A DNA stretch of 64,000 nt. Source: Candidatus Bathyarchaeota archaeon. GTDB lineage: Archaea > Thermoproteota > Bathyarchaeia > 40CM-2-53-6. The DNA lies in NCBI GenBank assembly GCA_963733055.1, contig CAVTBR010000003.1:712460-776459 (forward strand). Direction: 5' to 3'. Below the pieces are notes generated by a model. That model saw nothing but the letters and a program-made list of their open reading frames with translations. It was not told the origin of the DNA and did not search any database. Below, piece by piece: positions 1-10,092 of the stretch (positions are counted from its first letter, which is position 1; the number at the start of each line of letters is the position of its first letter). The position numbers were made by a program, and so were the translations under genes.

Positions 1-746
1 ACCATCTGTTCGTAAACAAAACGCTTAGCGTCAAGCACCGGCATCTTCCAGTTGATGGCGCATGTGCTCAGGAGCTCCACGAATGCGAACCCTCCGAGGG
101 CTTGAACTTTGAATGCGTTCTCCACGGATTTCTTTGCATCGAGCAGGTTCTTTATCGTGTACACTTTGCCCCTTTGGCTAGAAATCTCTTGAACCGCCAG
201 GCTCACCCGTTTGACGTATGAGGCGCCATCCATTCCCGCAACGAGCTTTGACGCGTCCAGCTCTGTTCCAGTTAGATGGGCGTCTCTGCCGAACGGCGTT
301 GTGCTTGTAACCTGGCCTTCCAGGGTTGTGGGCGCCATTTGCCCTCCGGTCATCCCATAAATTGCGTTGTTCACAAGGAATATCGTAATCGGTGTCCCTC
401 TCTTTGCCGCGTAGACAAGTTCTAAAAGCCCGATCGAGGCCGCGTCCCCATCACCCTGAACCGTAAAAACCGTCAACTCAGGCCGTACATGTTTCAAACC
501 CGCGGCCACTGCCGGCGCCCTCCCGTGTGCCGAGACTACATGATCGAAGTTGAGGTAGTTGTAGGCGAGAACACTGCAACCGACCGAGTCGATCATCACG
601 GTTTTCTCACGTACACCTAAATCGTCAATCGCCGCAGCTATCAGCCTCGTAAGCGTGCCGTGTTCGCAGCCTGCACAGTAATGCGTCGGGGTATCGGTTA
701 ACGACTTCAGTTTTCCAACTTTAACTCGGAGCGCTAGTTGGCTCAT
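1..746 (-). CDS. vorA: 2-oxoacid:ferredoxin oxidoreductase beta (TPP-binding) subunit, Vor-type; runs off the window edge
   Basis: Manual translation from ATG at 746: MSQLALRVKVGKLKSLTDTPTHYCAGCEHG...HGRAPAVAAG...QGDGDAASIG...NNAIYGMTGGQMAPTT (TPP-binding motifs); start overlaps the stop of the alpha gene. Confidence 0.9.
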   Translation of the reverse strand, partial: MSQLALRVKVGKLKSLTDTPTHYCAGCEHGTLTRLIAAAIDDLGVREKTVMIDSVGCSVLAYNYLNFDHVVSAHGRAPAVAAGLKHVRPELTVFTVQGDGDAASIGLLELVYAAKRGTPITIFLVNNAIYGMTGGQMAPTTLEGQVTSTTPFGRDAHLTGTELDASKLVAGMDGASYVKRVSLAVQEISSQRGKVYTIKNLLDAKKSVENAFKVQALGGFAFVELLSTCAINWKMPVLDAKRFVYEQM

Positions 747-1819
747 ACCGCGACCACCTCCAACCTCCTTAGTTTGCTCTCTATCTCTGCTTCAGTCGGT
801 ACGAGACCTCCCCATTTTCCTAGAAAATCAACAGTAACATCGCTGCCAACCGCGAGCTTCACATCCTCAATCATTTGTCCTGTATTCAGCTCGACGACTA
901 GGAATCGTTTACCTTCTGACGCAAGTTTCTTGAGTTGTAATTTGGGAAATGGCCACAGGGTTATCGGCCGGAAGAGTCCGACTCTCATCCCTTTGGAGCG
1001 CAGCTTGTTAACTACGCCTTTCGCTATTCGGGAGACGATTCCGAAGGCCACGATGACCGTCTCGGCGTCTTCAGTTCGGTATTCTTCGAACATGACATCG
1101 TTTGCTTCGGCGTTTCTGTATTTCTCGAAGATTCTTCCAATGTGTTTGAAGTGCTTCTGCTGGTCGAGTTCTAGCGAATTGAGAATGTGAGGCGCTCTAT
1201 CCTTTGCGCCCGTGGTTGCCCAGGATGACACGTCATACTGTTCGGGCGTGAATTCCGGGAATTCTACATCTTCCTTAAGCTGTCCAGTAAATGCATCGCT
1301 GAGGATTAGGACTGGGTTTCTGTACTTGAAAGCCAGATCGAACCCGACTCTCGGCAGGATAGCCATTTCCTGGACCGTTGCGGGTGCAAGAACGAGTAGG
1401 TGGTAGGTCCCGTGACCACCACCCTTGGTTGACTGGAAATAGTCACTCTGTTCCGGGCCGAGGTTTCCTAACCCCGGTCCCGCTCTGCATATGTCAGCTA
1501 CTAAGAATGGGAGTTCCATGCATGCTGCATATGAGAGACCTTCCTGCTTCAAACTGAAACCTGGGCTCGATGTCGCGGTCATTGCCCGGGCACCGCCTGA
1601 GGCGGCGCCGATTACCATGTTAATTGCTTCGAGTTCGCTTGCGGCCTGGAGGAAGAATTTGTACTCTGGATACTTGTTGCCGCCAAATTCTTTCGCCAGT
1701 GTTTCCGGGATTTCGCTTGAGGGCGTGATCGGATACCCGAAGTAGGCGTTGAGTCCTGCTTCCAATGCGCCGTATGCGAGGGCTTCGTTTCCTTTCAAGT
1801 AAACTCGTTTCTTGGCCAT
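743..1819 (-). CDS. vorB: 2-oxoacid:ferredoxin oxidoreductase alpha subunit (3-methyl-2-oxobutanoate dehydrogenase VorB type)
   Basis: KGNEA, GYPITP, QAASE, TATSSPGFSLKQE, RAGPGLG motifs. Confidence 0.92.
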   Translation of the reverse strand: MAKKRVYLKGNEALAYGALEAGLNAYFGYPITPSSEIPETLAKEFGGNKYPEYKFFLQAASELEAINMVIGAASGGARAMTATSSPGFSLKQEGLSYAACMELPFLVADICRAGPGLGNLGPEQSDYFQSTKGGGHGTYHLLVLAPATVQEMAILPRVGFDLAFKYRNPVLILSDAFTGQLKEDVEFPEFTPEQYDVSSWATTGAKDRAPHILNSLELDQQKHFKHIGRIFEKYRNAEANDVMFEEYRTEDAETVIVAFGIVSRIAKGVVNKLRSKGMRVGLFRPITLWPFPKLQLKKLASEGKRFLVVELNTGQMIEDVKLAVGSDVTVDFLGKWGGLVPTEAEIESKLRRLEVVAV

Positions 1820-2071
1820 CTATGCTTTCACCTGGATTTCGCTGATGGCAAAGTCTGGGCAGACCCAGTAGCAGATTGCGCAACCGGTGCACTCTCCCCT
1901 TGTTCCCCGATAAGAGAACTCGACTGGGTGGAAGCCAGCATGGTTCAGCTTTGTTGAAAATTTCAAGTTACCTTGTGGGCATGTAACGACACAGAGCTCG
2001 CACGCTTTGCATCGCTCTTCAAGAATCTTAACGTCGGCTCTAGGTTGAAGCACGGTTGTTACCTGGCTCAA
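1820..2071 (-). CDS. 2x[4Fe-4S] ferredoxin (delta subunit of the oxidoreductase)
   Basis: CxxCxxCxxxCP twice; in operon with the alpha and beta genes. Confidence 0.9.
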   Translation of the reverse strand: MSQVTTVLQPRADVKILEERCKACELCVVTCPQGNLKFSTKLNHAGFHPVEFSYRGTRGECTGCAICYWVCPDFAISEIQVKA

Positions 2072-2499
2072 ACTTCTAAAACCTCTTTCTTCTCGACAAA
2101 ACTCTCCAAGAGGTAACGCAGCATGGCGTAATGTTGTTCCTCATCCAACGCTAACATTGTCAGCAGGGTCTTCAGGTGCGGATCCCGAACCTGAGATGAG
2201 GCGGACGTGAACAGTCGCAAGGCCTTCTCCTCCATGTCCATGAGCTCAAGAATATCCTTCCGAGTTTCACCAATTGGGGCGAGTGCTTCCCATTTGTCGC
2301 TCGCTAGGTAGCTGAGGGCGCAGCGGATGACGTCCGCGTGCTGCATCGAGTCCCGCATCAATTTGGCGTAGAGAAGTTTTGCAACACTGTGTTTGGTTTC
2401 TCTTACCTTTCGGGCGTAGACTTCGGTCTCGTGTTCTTCATGATCGAGCTGACCTTTTAGCAAGTCCCCGAGTTTTTGGTTCAGCATAATCCCGACCAC
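2068..2499 (-). CDS. Ferritin/rubrerythrin-like four-helix protein
   Basis: E...DSxxH and E...DEEQH diiron-type spacing; first gene of the vor operon. Confidence 0.65.
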   Translation of the reverse strand: MVGIMLNQKLGDLLKGQLDHEEHETEVYARKVRETKHSVAKLLYAKLMRDSMQHADVIRCALSYLASDKWEALAPIGETRKDILELMDMEEKALRLFTSASSQVRDPHLKTLLTMLALDEEQHYAMLRYLLESFVEKKEVLEV

Positions 2500-2676
2500 G
2501 AGAAAATGGCGGGGTAATTACAATTAGAAGTTCTGCTGCTATTCTATATATTATACTGAGACGTCCGTGGACATAGCTGAATACATCACAGGGTTCCTGC
2601 AGGAGATATGCGAACCAAAAAGCATCCCCATTTCTAAACCTCCTATCCGCTTCAGTAACTCGGAAGACATACTGAA

Positions 2677-3891
2677 CTATCGTGAAGGCGGCGCTCGAGG
2701 GTCCTTAAGCATTAGCGCCACCAGTAATGTCAGTGCGGCAGGTATCATGGCGTTCAACGCAACAGCTCTTCCTACTCCTATGACGAAAAGAGATGCCGTG
2801 ATTATTGGCGAAATGACGGTGGCCACTGACTGGGATGTCGTCGTGAGCCCGAGGGCGGTCCCGGTCCTGCCCTTGCAGGTATCAACCATTAGCGCTTGCA
2901 TAATTGGGAAGATTGCGCCGCTGAAGAAGCCCATCATAATGGCAACCAACAGATCAAGGATCAGATTTGAGGTTGCGAAAAAAAGCGCATACGACAATAT
3001 CACGGCAAGGGAAATTGAAGCCAACAATCTGTTCCTACGCCAAAGATCCGACGCTCCACCTAGGACAAGTTTACCGATTCCTCCCGAAATGAAAACTACT
3101 GCCGCGAAGAGGGCGGAGGACAATATCCCAAAATGCATGACTTTAAAGAAATAGTAGGGCAAAAACACCACTTGCCAAACGGAAGCCCAGGTCGCCAAAA
3201 GCGCAAAGGCCATCATGAGAATTACGTTCCTTTGTCTGAGAAGCTTCAAGGCGTCGCTGCCCAGTCTTATCCGTGCAGAATCATTACCAGACGAGGAAAA
3301 TTTGCTTTTCAGCCCGACTACACCAGCGATTACTAAGAGACCTAGCGACGGCGCAGCGAAGAAGGCAGTTCGCCAGCTTCCTGAAAGAGCGTAGGCGAGG
3401 CCTCCCAATGAGAGACCGGCAACGCTTCCCGCATCAAAACCAATATAGAATATGCCCAAAGCCAGTCCCTTGCGCTCCTTGAAATATGATGCAACCGCAG
3501 CCATAGCAACGGGCCAGAAGATTCCCTCACCGAAGCCGCTCACGAGGCGAAAGACAAACGCTTCGAAGAAACTCGACGCCAGTCCTATCAGCCCTGTGAA
3601 CAGCGTGAACACCACTAGACCGACGATCAAGACGGACCTTCTTCCATACCTGTCCGACAGGTGACCTGCAAGGAAAACGAAACACAGAACACCAATGTAT
3701 TGAGCTGAACCGAGGAGACCGATTCCGTAGTTCGTCAACTGAAGATCCGGAATCATCAGCGCCAACACGGACGCGAGGACAGTTCGGTCAGCGGCGTAAA
3801 CGGCGTAACCGACGGTCATGATCAGTAGGAATAGAATTGAGGACCAGCGGTAGTTGAGCCATTTGGCTCGAAAGGCGAGTATTCGAGACAA
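2677..3891 (-). CDS. MFS transporter
   Basis: GHLSDRYGRR motif A, about 12 hydrophobic segments; TTG start at 3891 chosen to avoid overlap with the upstream gene. Confidence 0.88.
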   Translation of the reverse strand: MSRILAFRAKWLNYRWSSILFLLIMTVGYAVYAADRTVLASVLALMIPDLQLTNYGIGLLGSAQYIGVLCFVFLAGHLSDRYGRRSVLIVGLVVFTLFTGLIGLASSFFEAFVFRLVSGFGEGIFWPVAMAAVASYFKERKGLALGIFYIGFDAGSVAGLSLGGLAYALSGSWRTAFFAAPSLGLLVIAGVVGLKSKFSSSGNDSARIRLGSDALKLLRQRNVILMMAFALLATWASVWQVVFLPYYFFKVMHFGILSSALFAAVVFISGGIGKLVLGGASDLWRRNRLLASISLAVILSYALFFATSNLILDLLVAIMMGFFSGAIFPIMQALMVDTCKGRTGTALGLTTTSQSVATVISPIITASLFVIGVGRAVALNAMIPAALTLLVALMLKDPRAPPSR

Positions 3892-3910
3892 ATCGGCTGC
3901 TCTCTTTTGC

Positions 3911-4696
3911 CTAGGTTGGAACGGGTATGGCATTTGCCATAGCCATATCCGATAGGGTGTACTTTCTGAGGTTCGCAACCTGGGTTGGCGTTAGGATCGT
4001 ACATGCGAAACCCCAATGAAACGAAATCCAGTCTCCCTTCTTCGCTCCAGCTACGAAACTCTTCCCCTGAACTTGCGCAAGAACCTTCGTCATCGTCGGC
4101 TTTCCCAAATTCAATACGCCGTTTACCCGCTGCAAAGGCTCATAATCGACAACCAGATTACCGCTCTCATCCGCCTCCAGAACTCTCCCCCATGAGATAC
4201 GGCATTTGTCCATCAAGCCCCCAACCGCCTCGTCCTTCCCCGCACCGCTCGCGAGGGCTTCGGGAGCAGTCCCCATTGTGGAGAATGAGTTGAACACGTG
4301 AAGGGCGTGGTGAGGAAATGGAGCGAAAGTTTTGGTTTCAAAGAATTTCTTGATATGTTCTTTGGGGAATTTTGACTTGAATCTGGCTGCGAGATGGTCG
4401 TAGAAGTCTCCGGGGGAGATCTTCTGAAGATAATCGTTGCCGATCCAATACGCCTCCGCGGCCCTGTAATCTAGGGGATCCTGGGCTCCGAGTGATTCGG
4501 CTATGAATCGGATGTATGGGTAAGCGGCTTTGAAGCCCCTGAGGGCGTCGATCAGTTGCTCGTTGCGCGTGTTGCTCAGGCAGGAATCGAATAATACGTC
4601 ATTTTCGTCTGGGCCGCAGTAGCCAAGACGATTGGGCATGAAGCTGTGCCGCGCCGCCAGAATTGCGCCATCCATCAGATTGGGTCTCGTCTGCAA
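3911..4696 (-). CDS. DUF6390-family protein (hydrogenase-maturation associated)
   Basis: ARHSFMPNRLGYCGP, EAYWIGN, PHHALHVF, CRISWG, SFHWG motifs; directly downstream of hypC. Confidence 0.75.
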   Translation of the reverse strand: MQTRPNLMDGAILAARHSFMPNRLGYCGPDENDVLFDSCLSNTRNEQLIDALRGFKAAYPYIRFIAESLGAQDPLDYRAAEAYWIGNDYLQKISPGDFYDHLAARFKSKFPKEHIKKFFETKTFAPFPHHALHVFNSFSTMGTAPEALASGAGKDEAVGGLMDKCRISWGRVLEADESGNLVVDYEPLQRVNGVLNLGKPTMTKVLAQVQGKSFVAGAKKGDWISFHWGFACTILTPTQVANLRKYTLSDMAMANAIPVPT

Positions 4697-4701
4697 ATCT
4701 G

Positions 4702-4941
4702 CTATGACTCCTCCGAGTCAATACCCCGAATCATCTTCCACAAATCCAAGGTCTCCAATGCCTCTTTCTTGGAGAGCACCTTGATGGCAAAACCACCTTG
4801 CACGAGAACGTAACTGCCGAGATTCGGCTTTACAAGAGAGACGTTGACATTGTCTCTGATTCCATCCTGGCCATAGTCCACTGAGGCAAATTCCCCAGTT
4901 ATCGCCACTACTTTTCCAGGATAAGTGAGGCACAAGGCCAA
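4702..4941 (-). CDS. hypC: HypC/HupF hydrogenase assembly chaperone
   Basis: (M)CLTYPGKV...V.Y...G.YVLV..GFAI pattern. Confidence 0.85.
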   Translation of the reverse strand: MALCLTYPGKVVAITGEFASVDYGQDGIRDNVNVSLVKPNLGSYVLVQGGFAIKVLSKKEALETLDLWKMIRGIDSEES

Positions 4942-5096
4942 CCGCTGATGGAAAAATCTGTAGGCGACCTATATGTCTGTAATGCCAATTCCCAAAGGTG
5001 AATTCGGTAGCCGTTGTCACAAGGCTTCTGATTGTGAGAATTCAATAGGTACTTTCTTAACCCGTAGCTCTCAGAGCAACAACAGATGGAAATGCC

Positions 5097-5786
5097 TTGG
5101 CAAAACCAGTCGAAGTAGTGACCTCCGCAGAAGGGGAGGTTTTCGATGTGGAACTCGAAGTCAGCATACTCAGAGAAAATGATCGATTAGCGAAAGAGAA
5201 CCGGAGCAGATTGGATGCGAAGGGGGTTCACGCGGTAGATGTTATGGGCTCCGTTGGTTCGGGTAAAACTTCCCTGATTAAGTCGATGATTTCCCGACTC
5301 AAGAAAGACCTACGAATTGCCGTCATTGAGGGCGATGTCACGACCACGATTGACTCGGACATTATCTCCTCAGAAGGTATACCCACGGTTCAAGTCAACA
5401 CGGGTAAAGAATGCCACCTTGATGCGAACCTTATTCGAAAAGCGTTGAATAAAATCCCCCTTGATACGCTTGACTTGATCTTCATTGAGAACGTTGGAAA
5501 TCTCATCTGCCCGGCTGAGTTTCCGTTGGGGTCGGACAGGCGGCTAGTGGTCATTAGTGTAACTGAGGGCCCCTACATGGTCCTTAAACATCCGATGATG
5601 TTCCGGGACGCAGCAGTGGTTGCGATCAACAAGATCGACGTTGCGGCAGCTATGGGCGTCGACCCAGACAAACTCAGCTCTGATGTCGCTCACATCAACC
5701 CTCGAGCGGCCACGGTTCACACAAGCTGCAGGAACGGGACGGGCATTGCTGAGGTTATTGAGAAGCTTGGGCTGAAGAATAGGTAG
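5097..5786 (+). CDS. hypB: Hydrogenase nickel incorporation GTPase HypB
   Basis: GSVGSGKT, CHLDA, ENVGNLICPA, NKID. Confidence 0.95.
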   Translation: MAKPVEVVTSAEGEVFDVELEVSILRENDRLAKENRSRLDAKGVHAVDVMGSVGSGKTSLIKSMISRLKKDLRIAVIEGDVTTTIDSDIISSEGIPTVQVNTGKECHLDANLIRKALNKIPLDTLDLIFIENVGNLICPAEFPLGSDRRLVVISVTEGPYMVLKHPMMFRDAAVVAINKIDVAAAMGVDPDKLSSDVAHINPRAATVHTSCRNGTGIAEVIEKLGLKNR

Positions 5787-5789
5787 AGG

Positions 5790-6206
5790 GTGCTTCACGT
5801 GCATGAGCTTGCGATTGCAACTTCACTGACTGAGGCACTTTTAGAACTGGTCAAGGAACGCTCTGCAAGTAAGGTCTTGGAGGTTCAGCTAAAGGTTGGG
5901 AAGCTTCGGGTTCTATCGATCGAGCAACTGAAGTTCTCCTATGAGATACTGTCCAAAGGCACGGCATTAGAAGGATCGACCTTGAATGTTGAAGAGACGC
6001 CGGGATTTGCGAGATGCACAAACTGTAACTATGCTGAAAAACTTGAAACTGACGATCTCTCATTCCACTTTAGCTTACCACAAATGACCTGCCCTCGATG
6101 TGGGGTGAATTTGATCCTAGAAGGGGGAGATGAATGCCTCATAACGAGAGTTCGCATGGTAGCTCCATCAGCCAGCTCTGTGATGTCGATGAATGGGCAC
6201 GACTAG
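5790..6206 (+). CDS. hypA: Hydrogenase nickel metallochaperone HypA
   Basis: HELAIA N-terminus, CxxC and CPxC zinc site. Confidence 0.93.
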   Translation: MLHVHELAIATSLTEALLELVKERSASKVLEVQLKVGKLRVLSIEQLKFSYEILSKGTALEGSTLNVEETPGFARCTNCNYAEKLETDDLSFHFSLPQMTCPRCGVNLILEGGDECLITRVRMVAPSASSVMSMNGHD

Positions 6207-6328
6207 TCGAACAAGTATTCGACAATGCAGATAGTTCTCTATATAGAATCACGGCGAAATATATAACAGCGCAGGAGGACGACCCTCCACAAGAATGACG
6301 AGCCAGAAATAACTACAATGAAGCTTGA

Positions 6329-7432
6329 GTGAAGGATTTGGAAATCAGAAAGGTACAACGTGTCGGCCACTCAACCCTAACGGTTTCCTTGCCCCGGGAT
6401 TGGGTAAGGCAAGTTGGTCTCAGACGGGGCGGTGTCGTTACACTTCGACTTTCCGAGTTCGGAGAGTTAGTCGTCACTCCAGGCAGCGAGATGGAGTCCG
6501 ACGAAATGACCGTTTGCAAGATCAATGCCGACGCTTGCAAGGACAGCGAACTTCTCGCCAGAATGATTACAGGCAACTACATCCTGGGACGCGACACGAC
6601 CATCATTTCCTCCACTACGGATCTAACTGCTGAACAAATCAACGCCATCCGCAACTCAACAAGACGCCTAAGCGGATTAGGTATCGTCGAACAGACTCCT
6701 AAGGAGACAGTAATCCAATGCTTCCTCGACCCGTCAAAGTTCCCCATCACAGGCCTCCTCTCACGACTTCACAAGGTCGCCGTTTCAATGCTGGAGACAG
6801 CACTACAAGCATTGATGGAACGCAAGTTCTCCCTCGCGCTAGAGGTTCTGGAGCTTGAAAACGAAGCAGACAGATTATATTGGCTGATACTACGCCAGAT
6901 CTTCCGCGCGATCTCAAGGATTCCATTGTCACGACATGTCGGTATTGAGTCCGCCACACATGCCGTCGGTTACAGAGCTGTCTCAAAATACCTAGAGGAG
7001 ACAGCCGACTGCAGCGAGTCAATGGCCAACCACATATTAACCATCGCTGAAGAGAGATACACTGAATATGTTTCAATTATTGATGCAGTGTGTAAGTTCG
7101 GAGTCGAAACACTTGCGACCTCGAATGGTGCGATGAACTCCTTCAGCCTGTTGGATGTAGAACTCGCAAATCGTACCATTGAACAATCCAAGAGACTAGA
7201 AGAGGAACAGAAGAAACTCATTGACCTGGTTATCTCATCCGTGCAGGATCGGAAGCTCTGCCTTGTGCTCAGAGGAATAGTTTGGGACCTCGCTCGAATC
7301 TCCCACCTATCACAAATGGTCTCTGAAGTAGCTTTGAACCGATATCTTGAAAGCAACACTGAAGTCTCTCAATTCTGGAAAGAGCGCAAGAGCGGGGGAG
7401 ACATTCAATACCTGAAGAAGATAGCAACCTAA
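6329..7432 (+). CDS. AbrB-PhoU phosphate uptake regulator
   Basis: N-terminal RKVQRVG.STLTVSLP..W (AbrB/SpoVT) plus two PhoU repeats (ExEADRLY). Confidence 0.88.
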   Translation: MKDLEIRKVQRVGHSTLTVSLPRDWVRQVGLRRGGVVTLRLSEFGELVVTPGSEMESDEMTVCKINADACKDSELLARMITGNYILGRDTTIISSTTDLTAEQINAIRNSTRRLSGLGIVEQTPKETVIQCFLDPSKFPITGLLSRLHKVAVSMLETALQALMERKFSLALEVLELENEADRLYWLILRQIFRAISRIPLSRHVGIESATHAVGYRAVSKYLEETADCSESMANHILTIAEERYTEYVSIIDAVCKFGVETLATSNGAMNSFSLLDVELANRTIEQSKRLEEEQKKLIDLVISSVQDRKLCLVLRGIVWDLARISHLSQMVSEVALNRYLESNTEVSQFWKERKSGGDIQYLKKIAT

Positions 7433-8886
7433 ACTCGTTTTTTGACCCAAAATCATTAGCAGTCATCGGCGCCTCCGCAACCCCGAGCAGAATAGGGTAT
7501 GCAATTGCGGAGAACATGGTCACAAACCGAAACAGGGGCATCTTCAAAGGCCATGTCCACCTAGTCAACCCAAAGCATCATGAGATCATAGGCGAGAAAT
7601 GCTATCCCACCCTATCAGCGGTACCTGACAAGGTTGAAACAATTGTAGTTGCCATTCCCGCTCCCGGTGTGCCTGCAGCAATTGAGGAAGCGGGACAATG
7701 CGGCGCCAAAGCAGCGATCGTAATATCCTCAGGATTCGCGGAGGTCGGATATAGAGACCTAGAAGAGGAACTCGTGAAGGCGGCAAGGAAATACGATTTG
7801 CGAGTAATAGGCCCGAACTGCCTCGGAATATACGACGCATACACGGGAATGGATACCCTCTTCCTCCCGGAACACAAGTTCCTCTCTGACGGCCGCGAAG
7901 TCGTCGCCACTCCTCGCCCAAGACGAGGGTCGGTCTCGTTTCTCACCCAAAGCGGAGCTTTCGGAGCGGCGGCTCTGGATTACATGGCCGGACATGCCAT
8001 GGGAATTAGAGGGTTCGTGAGTTATGGAAACAGATGTGACGTAACCGAAGATGAACTTCTTGCCTACTTCGGGAATGACGCTCAAACGAAAGCGATTCTA
8101 ATGTATGTTGAAGGGCTCGCGCGTGCAAGAGATTTTCTCTTCACAGCTAAGGAGACATCGAAAAAGAAACCTATCGTAGCCCTGAAAGCAGGAAAGACCG
8201 AAGCGGGCACAAGAGCAACGGCGTCTCACACCGCCGCTCTCGCCGGGATGGACCAGATTTACGACGGCGCGTTCAAGCAAGCCGGGATTATTCGAGTACG
8301 AAATGTTGAGGAGCTTTTCGACTTCGGCCGCACGTTGGCTCTACAACCCCCAACCTACACGAAAAACATGGCAGTCATAACGAACGCCGGCGGGCCTGGG
8401 ATAATCGCGACCGACGCCTTAGAAGAATCGGGACTCATCGTGCAGAAATTCCCGGAACGCATCATGGCAAAATTCTCTGAGTACAAAGAGAAGAAGCTAC
8501 TCCTCTCAGTTCAATCAGGTTTCAACCCAATCGATCTCTCAGCAGAAGCCACGAGCGATATGTTCGCCTTAGTAGTATCGACTATTCTGGAAGATCCGGA
8601 AATTGGAGGACTAGTAGCCATATGCCTACACCACGCACCAACCATACTCGACGACGTGCCCGAGAAACTTGCGAAGATAATCCCGAAATATGGAAAACCT
8701 GTAATGGTGTGCGACATGGGGGCGACGGAAATGGCGCAAACGATGAGAATGTCGTTTGAGAAACATGGCCTTCCGGCATACTCGGTACCGGAAAGAGCCG
8801 CACGCACGCTCTGGGCTCTTAGCTACTATGGAACTTATTTGTTGGAGCATGGTGTCGTAGGGAAACGAGAAGAGATTACCGCTTAG
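7408..8886 (+). CDS. acdA: Acetate/acyl-CoA ligase (ADP-forming) alpha subunit
   Basis: FFDPKSLAVIGAS lies in frame upstream of the first ATG (7516); IGPNCLG, QSGA, SHTAALAG, NPIDLS; 5' start uncertain. Confidence 0.88.
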   Translation: MPEEDSNLNSFFDPKSLAVIGASATPSRIGYAIAENMVTNRNRGIFKGHVHLVNPKHHEIIGEKCYPTLSAVPDKVETIVVAIPAPGVPAAIEEAGQCGAKAAIVISSGFAEVGYRDLEEELVKAARKYDLRVIGPNCLGIYDAYTGMDTLFLPEHKFLSDGREVVATPRPRRGSVSFLTQSGAFGAAALDYMAGHAMGIRGFVSYGNRCDVTEDELLAYFGNDAQTKAILMYVEGLARARDFLFTAKETSKKKPIVALKAGKTEAGTRATASHTAALAGMDQIYDGAFKQAGIIRVRNVEELFDFGRTLALQPPTYTKNMAVITNAGGPGIIATDALEESGLIVQKFPERIMAKFSEYKEKKLLLSVQSGFNPIDLSAEATSDMFALVVSTILEDPEIGGLVAICLHHAPTILDDVPEKLAKIIPKYGKPVMVCDMGATEMAQTMRMSFEKHGLPAYSVPERAARTLWALSYYGTYLLEHGVVGKREEITA

Positions 8887-8900
8887 GAAGATTCACCCTC

Positions 8901-10058
8901 TTGCCCGTTGCTGCGTTACCGAAATATGTCGACGAACTAAAAATACGGCCGCTCGACAATCTGGTTACGCCGCTCGTCGAGTCCCCTCCAGATGTCACAT
9001 TATCCAAAATCCTAGGGATGATGCAAGATCGGGCAGTCTACGAAGTCTTCTTCCCCGAAGGCACTAGATGCGGCATGATTTCAGAGAGAGAAGTCCTCAA
9101 GGCGCCAAGTATCGAGGCGACAAAAATCTCAGCCTTGGTTGTGTACGTACCCGTTCTCAAGAAAGAGGCAACAGTCGGGGAGGTCGCCAGATTGATGGCG
9201 GACTATAGAGTTAGAGCAGCGCCAATCTCAGACGGTCGGAAGATCATCGGCCAAGTAAACTGCACGACCCTTCTGCACGAACTAAAAGGAAGAATTGGGG
9301 GAGACCTCAAAATTACCTCAATAGCTACGGAAAACCCAATCACGATCGAAGAGGACGATTCAGCCGCAAAGGCGAAGGATCTTCTGGTAAGAAAACGCAT
9401 TGATCATTTGCCCGTAATCAAGGAGAAACGAGTCGTAGGACTGCTTACCTCATCCCACATCGTTTCCAGATTGAGATCGCCCGAGCGTGTCGGTAGCAAG
9501 TCCATTAGGCCCGACACAAGACACAGTTTGGGCTTTCGTTCTGGAGATGCCATGGACCCTACTCCGCTCACGTGTCCCCCAGACACCACCGCAGAACACG
9601 CACTCGAATCCATCCTCAAGGCCGCCAAGACGTGCACATTGGTCACCCAATGGGAAGAACTCCAAGCAATATCCACTCAGCGAGACTTCATGACCCTGCT
9701 AGCCGAAATCGAACCCGCCCCCGAGTTCCCGATATTCATCGTCGGCCTACCCGAAGACCCATTCGAAGCCGAAGCTACTAAGACGAAGTTCAAACGGGTA
9801 GTCAATCAACTACACAAGGTCTTTCCAGATATTCTCGAAGCGAGGTCGGTCATAAAATCAAAATTCAAAGCTGGAAGAGAAAGAGGCCGTTATGAAGTTA
9901 CGGTTCAGATCCGAACTCCCGTAGATTCTTTCAGCTACTCTGATGAAGGCTGGGAACTCGCCGCGCTATACGACCTTATAACGGACAGGCTTAAACGCCT
10001 GATGACCCACAAGCAGAAACCGCGGCGAACTCGTCAGAGGGAAAACCCAGAAGCCTAA
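8901..10058 (+). CDS. CBS-domain protein with C-terminal HPF/RaiA-like domain (putative ribosome hibernation factor)
   Basis: Four CBS-like repeats, then FIVGL...FKRVV...YEVTVQIRTP...EGWEL..LYD...RLKR with a beta-alpha-beta3-alpha HPF-like pattern. Confidence 0.7.
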   Translation: MPVAALPKYVDELKIRPLDNLVTPLVESPPDVTLSKILGMMQDRAVYEVFFPEGTRCGMISEREVLKAPSIEATKISALVVYVPVLKKEATVGEVARLMADYRVRAAPISDGRKIIGQVNCTTLLHELKGRIGGDLKITSIATENPITIEEDDSAAKAKDLLVRKRIDHLPVIKEKRVVGLLTSSHIVSRLRSPERVGSKSIRPDTRHSLGFRSGDAMDPTPLTCPPDTTAEHALESILKAAKTCTLVTQWEELQAISTQRDFMTLLAEIEPAPEFPIFIVGLPEDPFEAEATKTKFKRVVNQLHKVFPDILEARSVIKSKFKAGRERGRYEVTVQIRTPVDSFSYSDEGWELAALYDLITDRLKRLMTHKQKPRRTRQRENPEA

Positions 10059-10092
10059 TCAAGAATCGCAAAAACTCTGGAGACACGACCAC

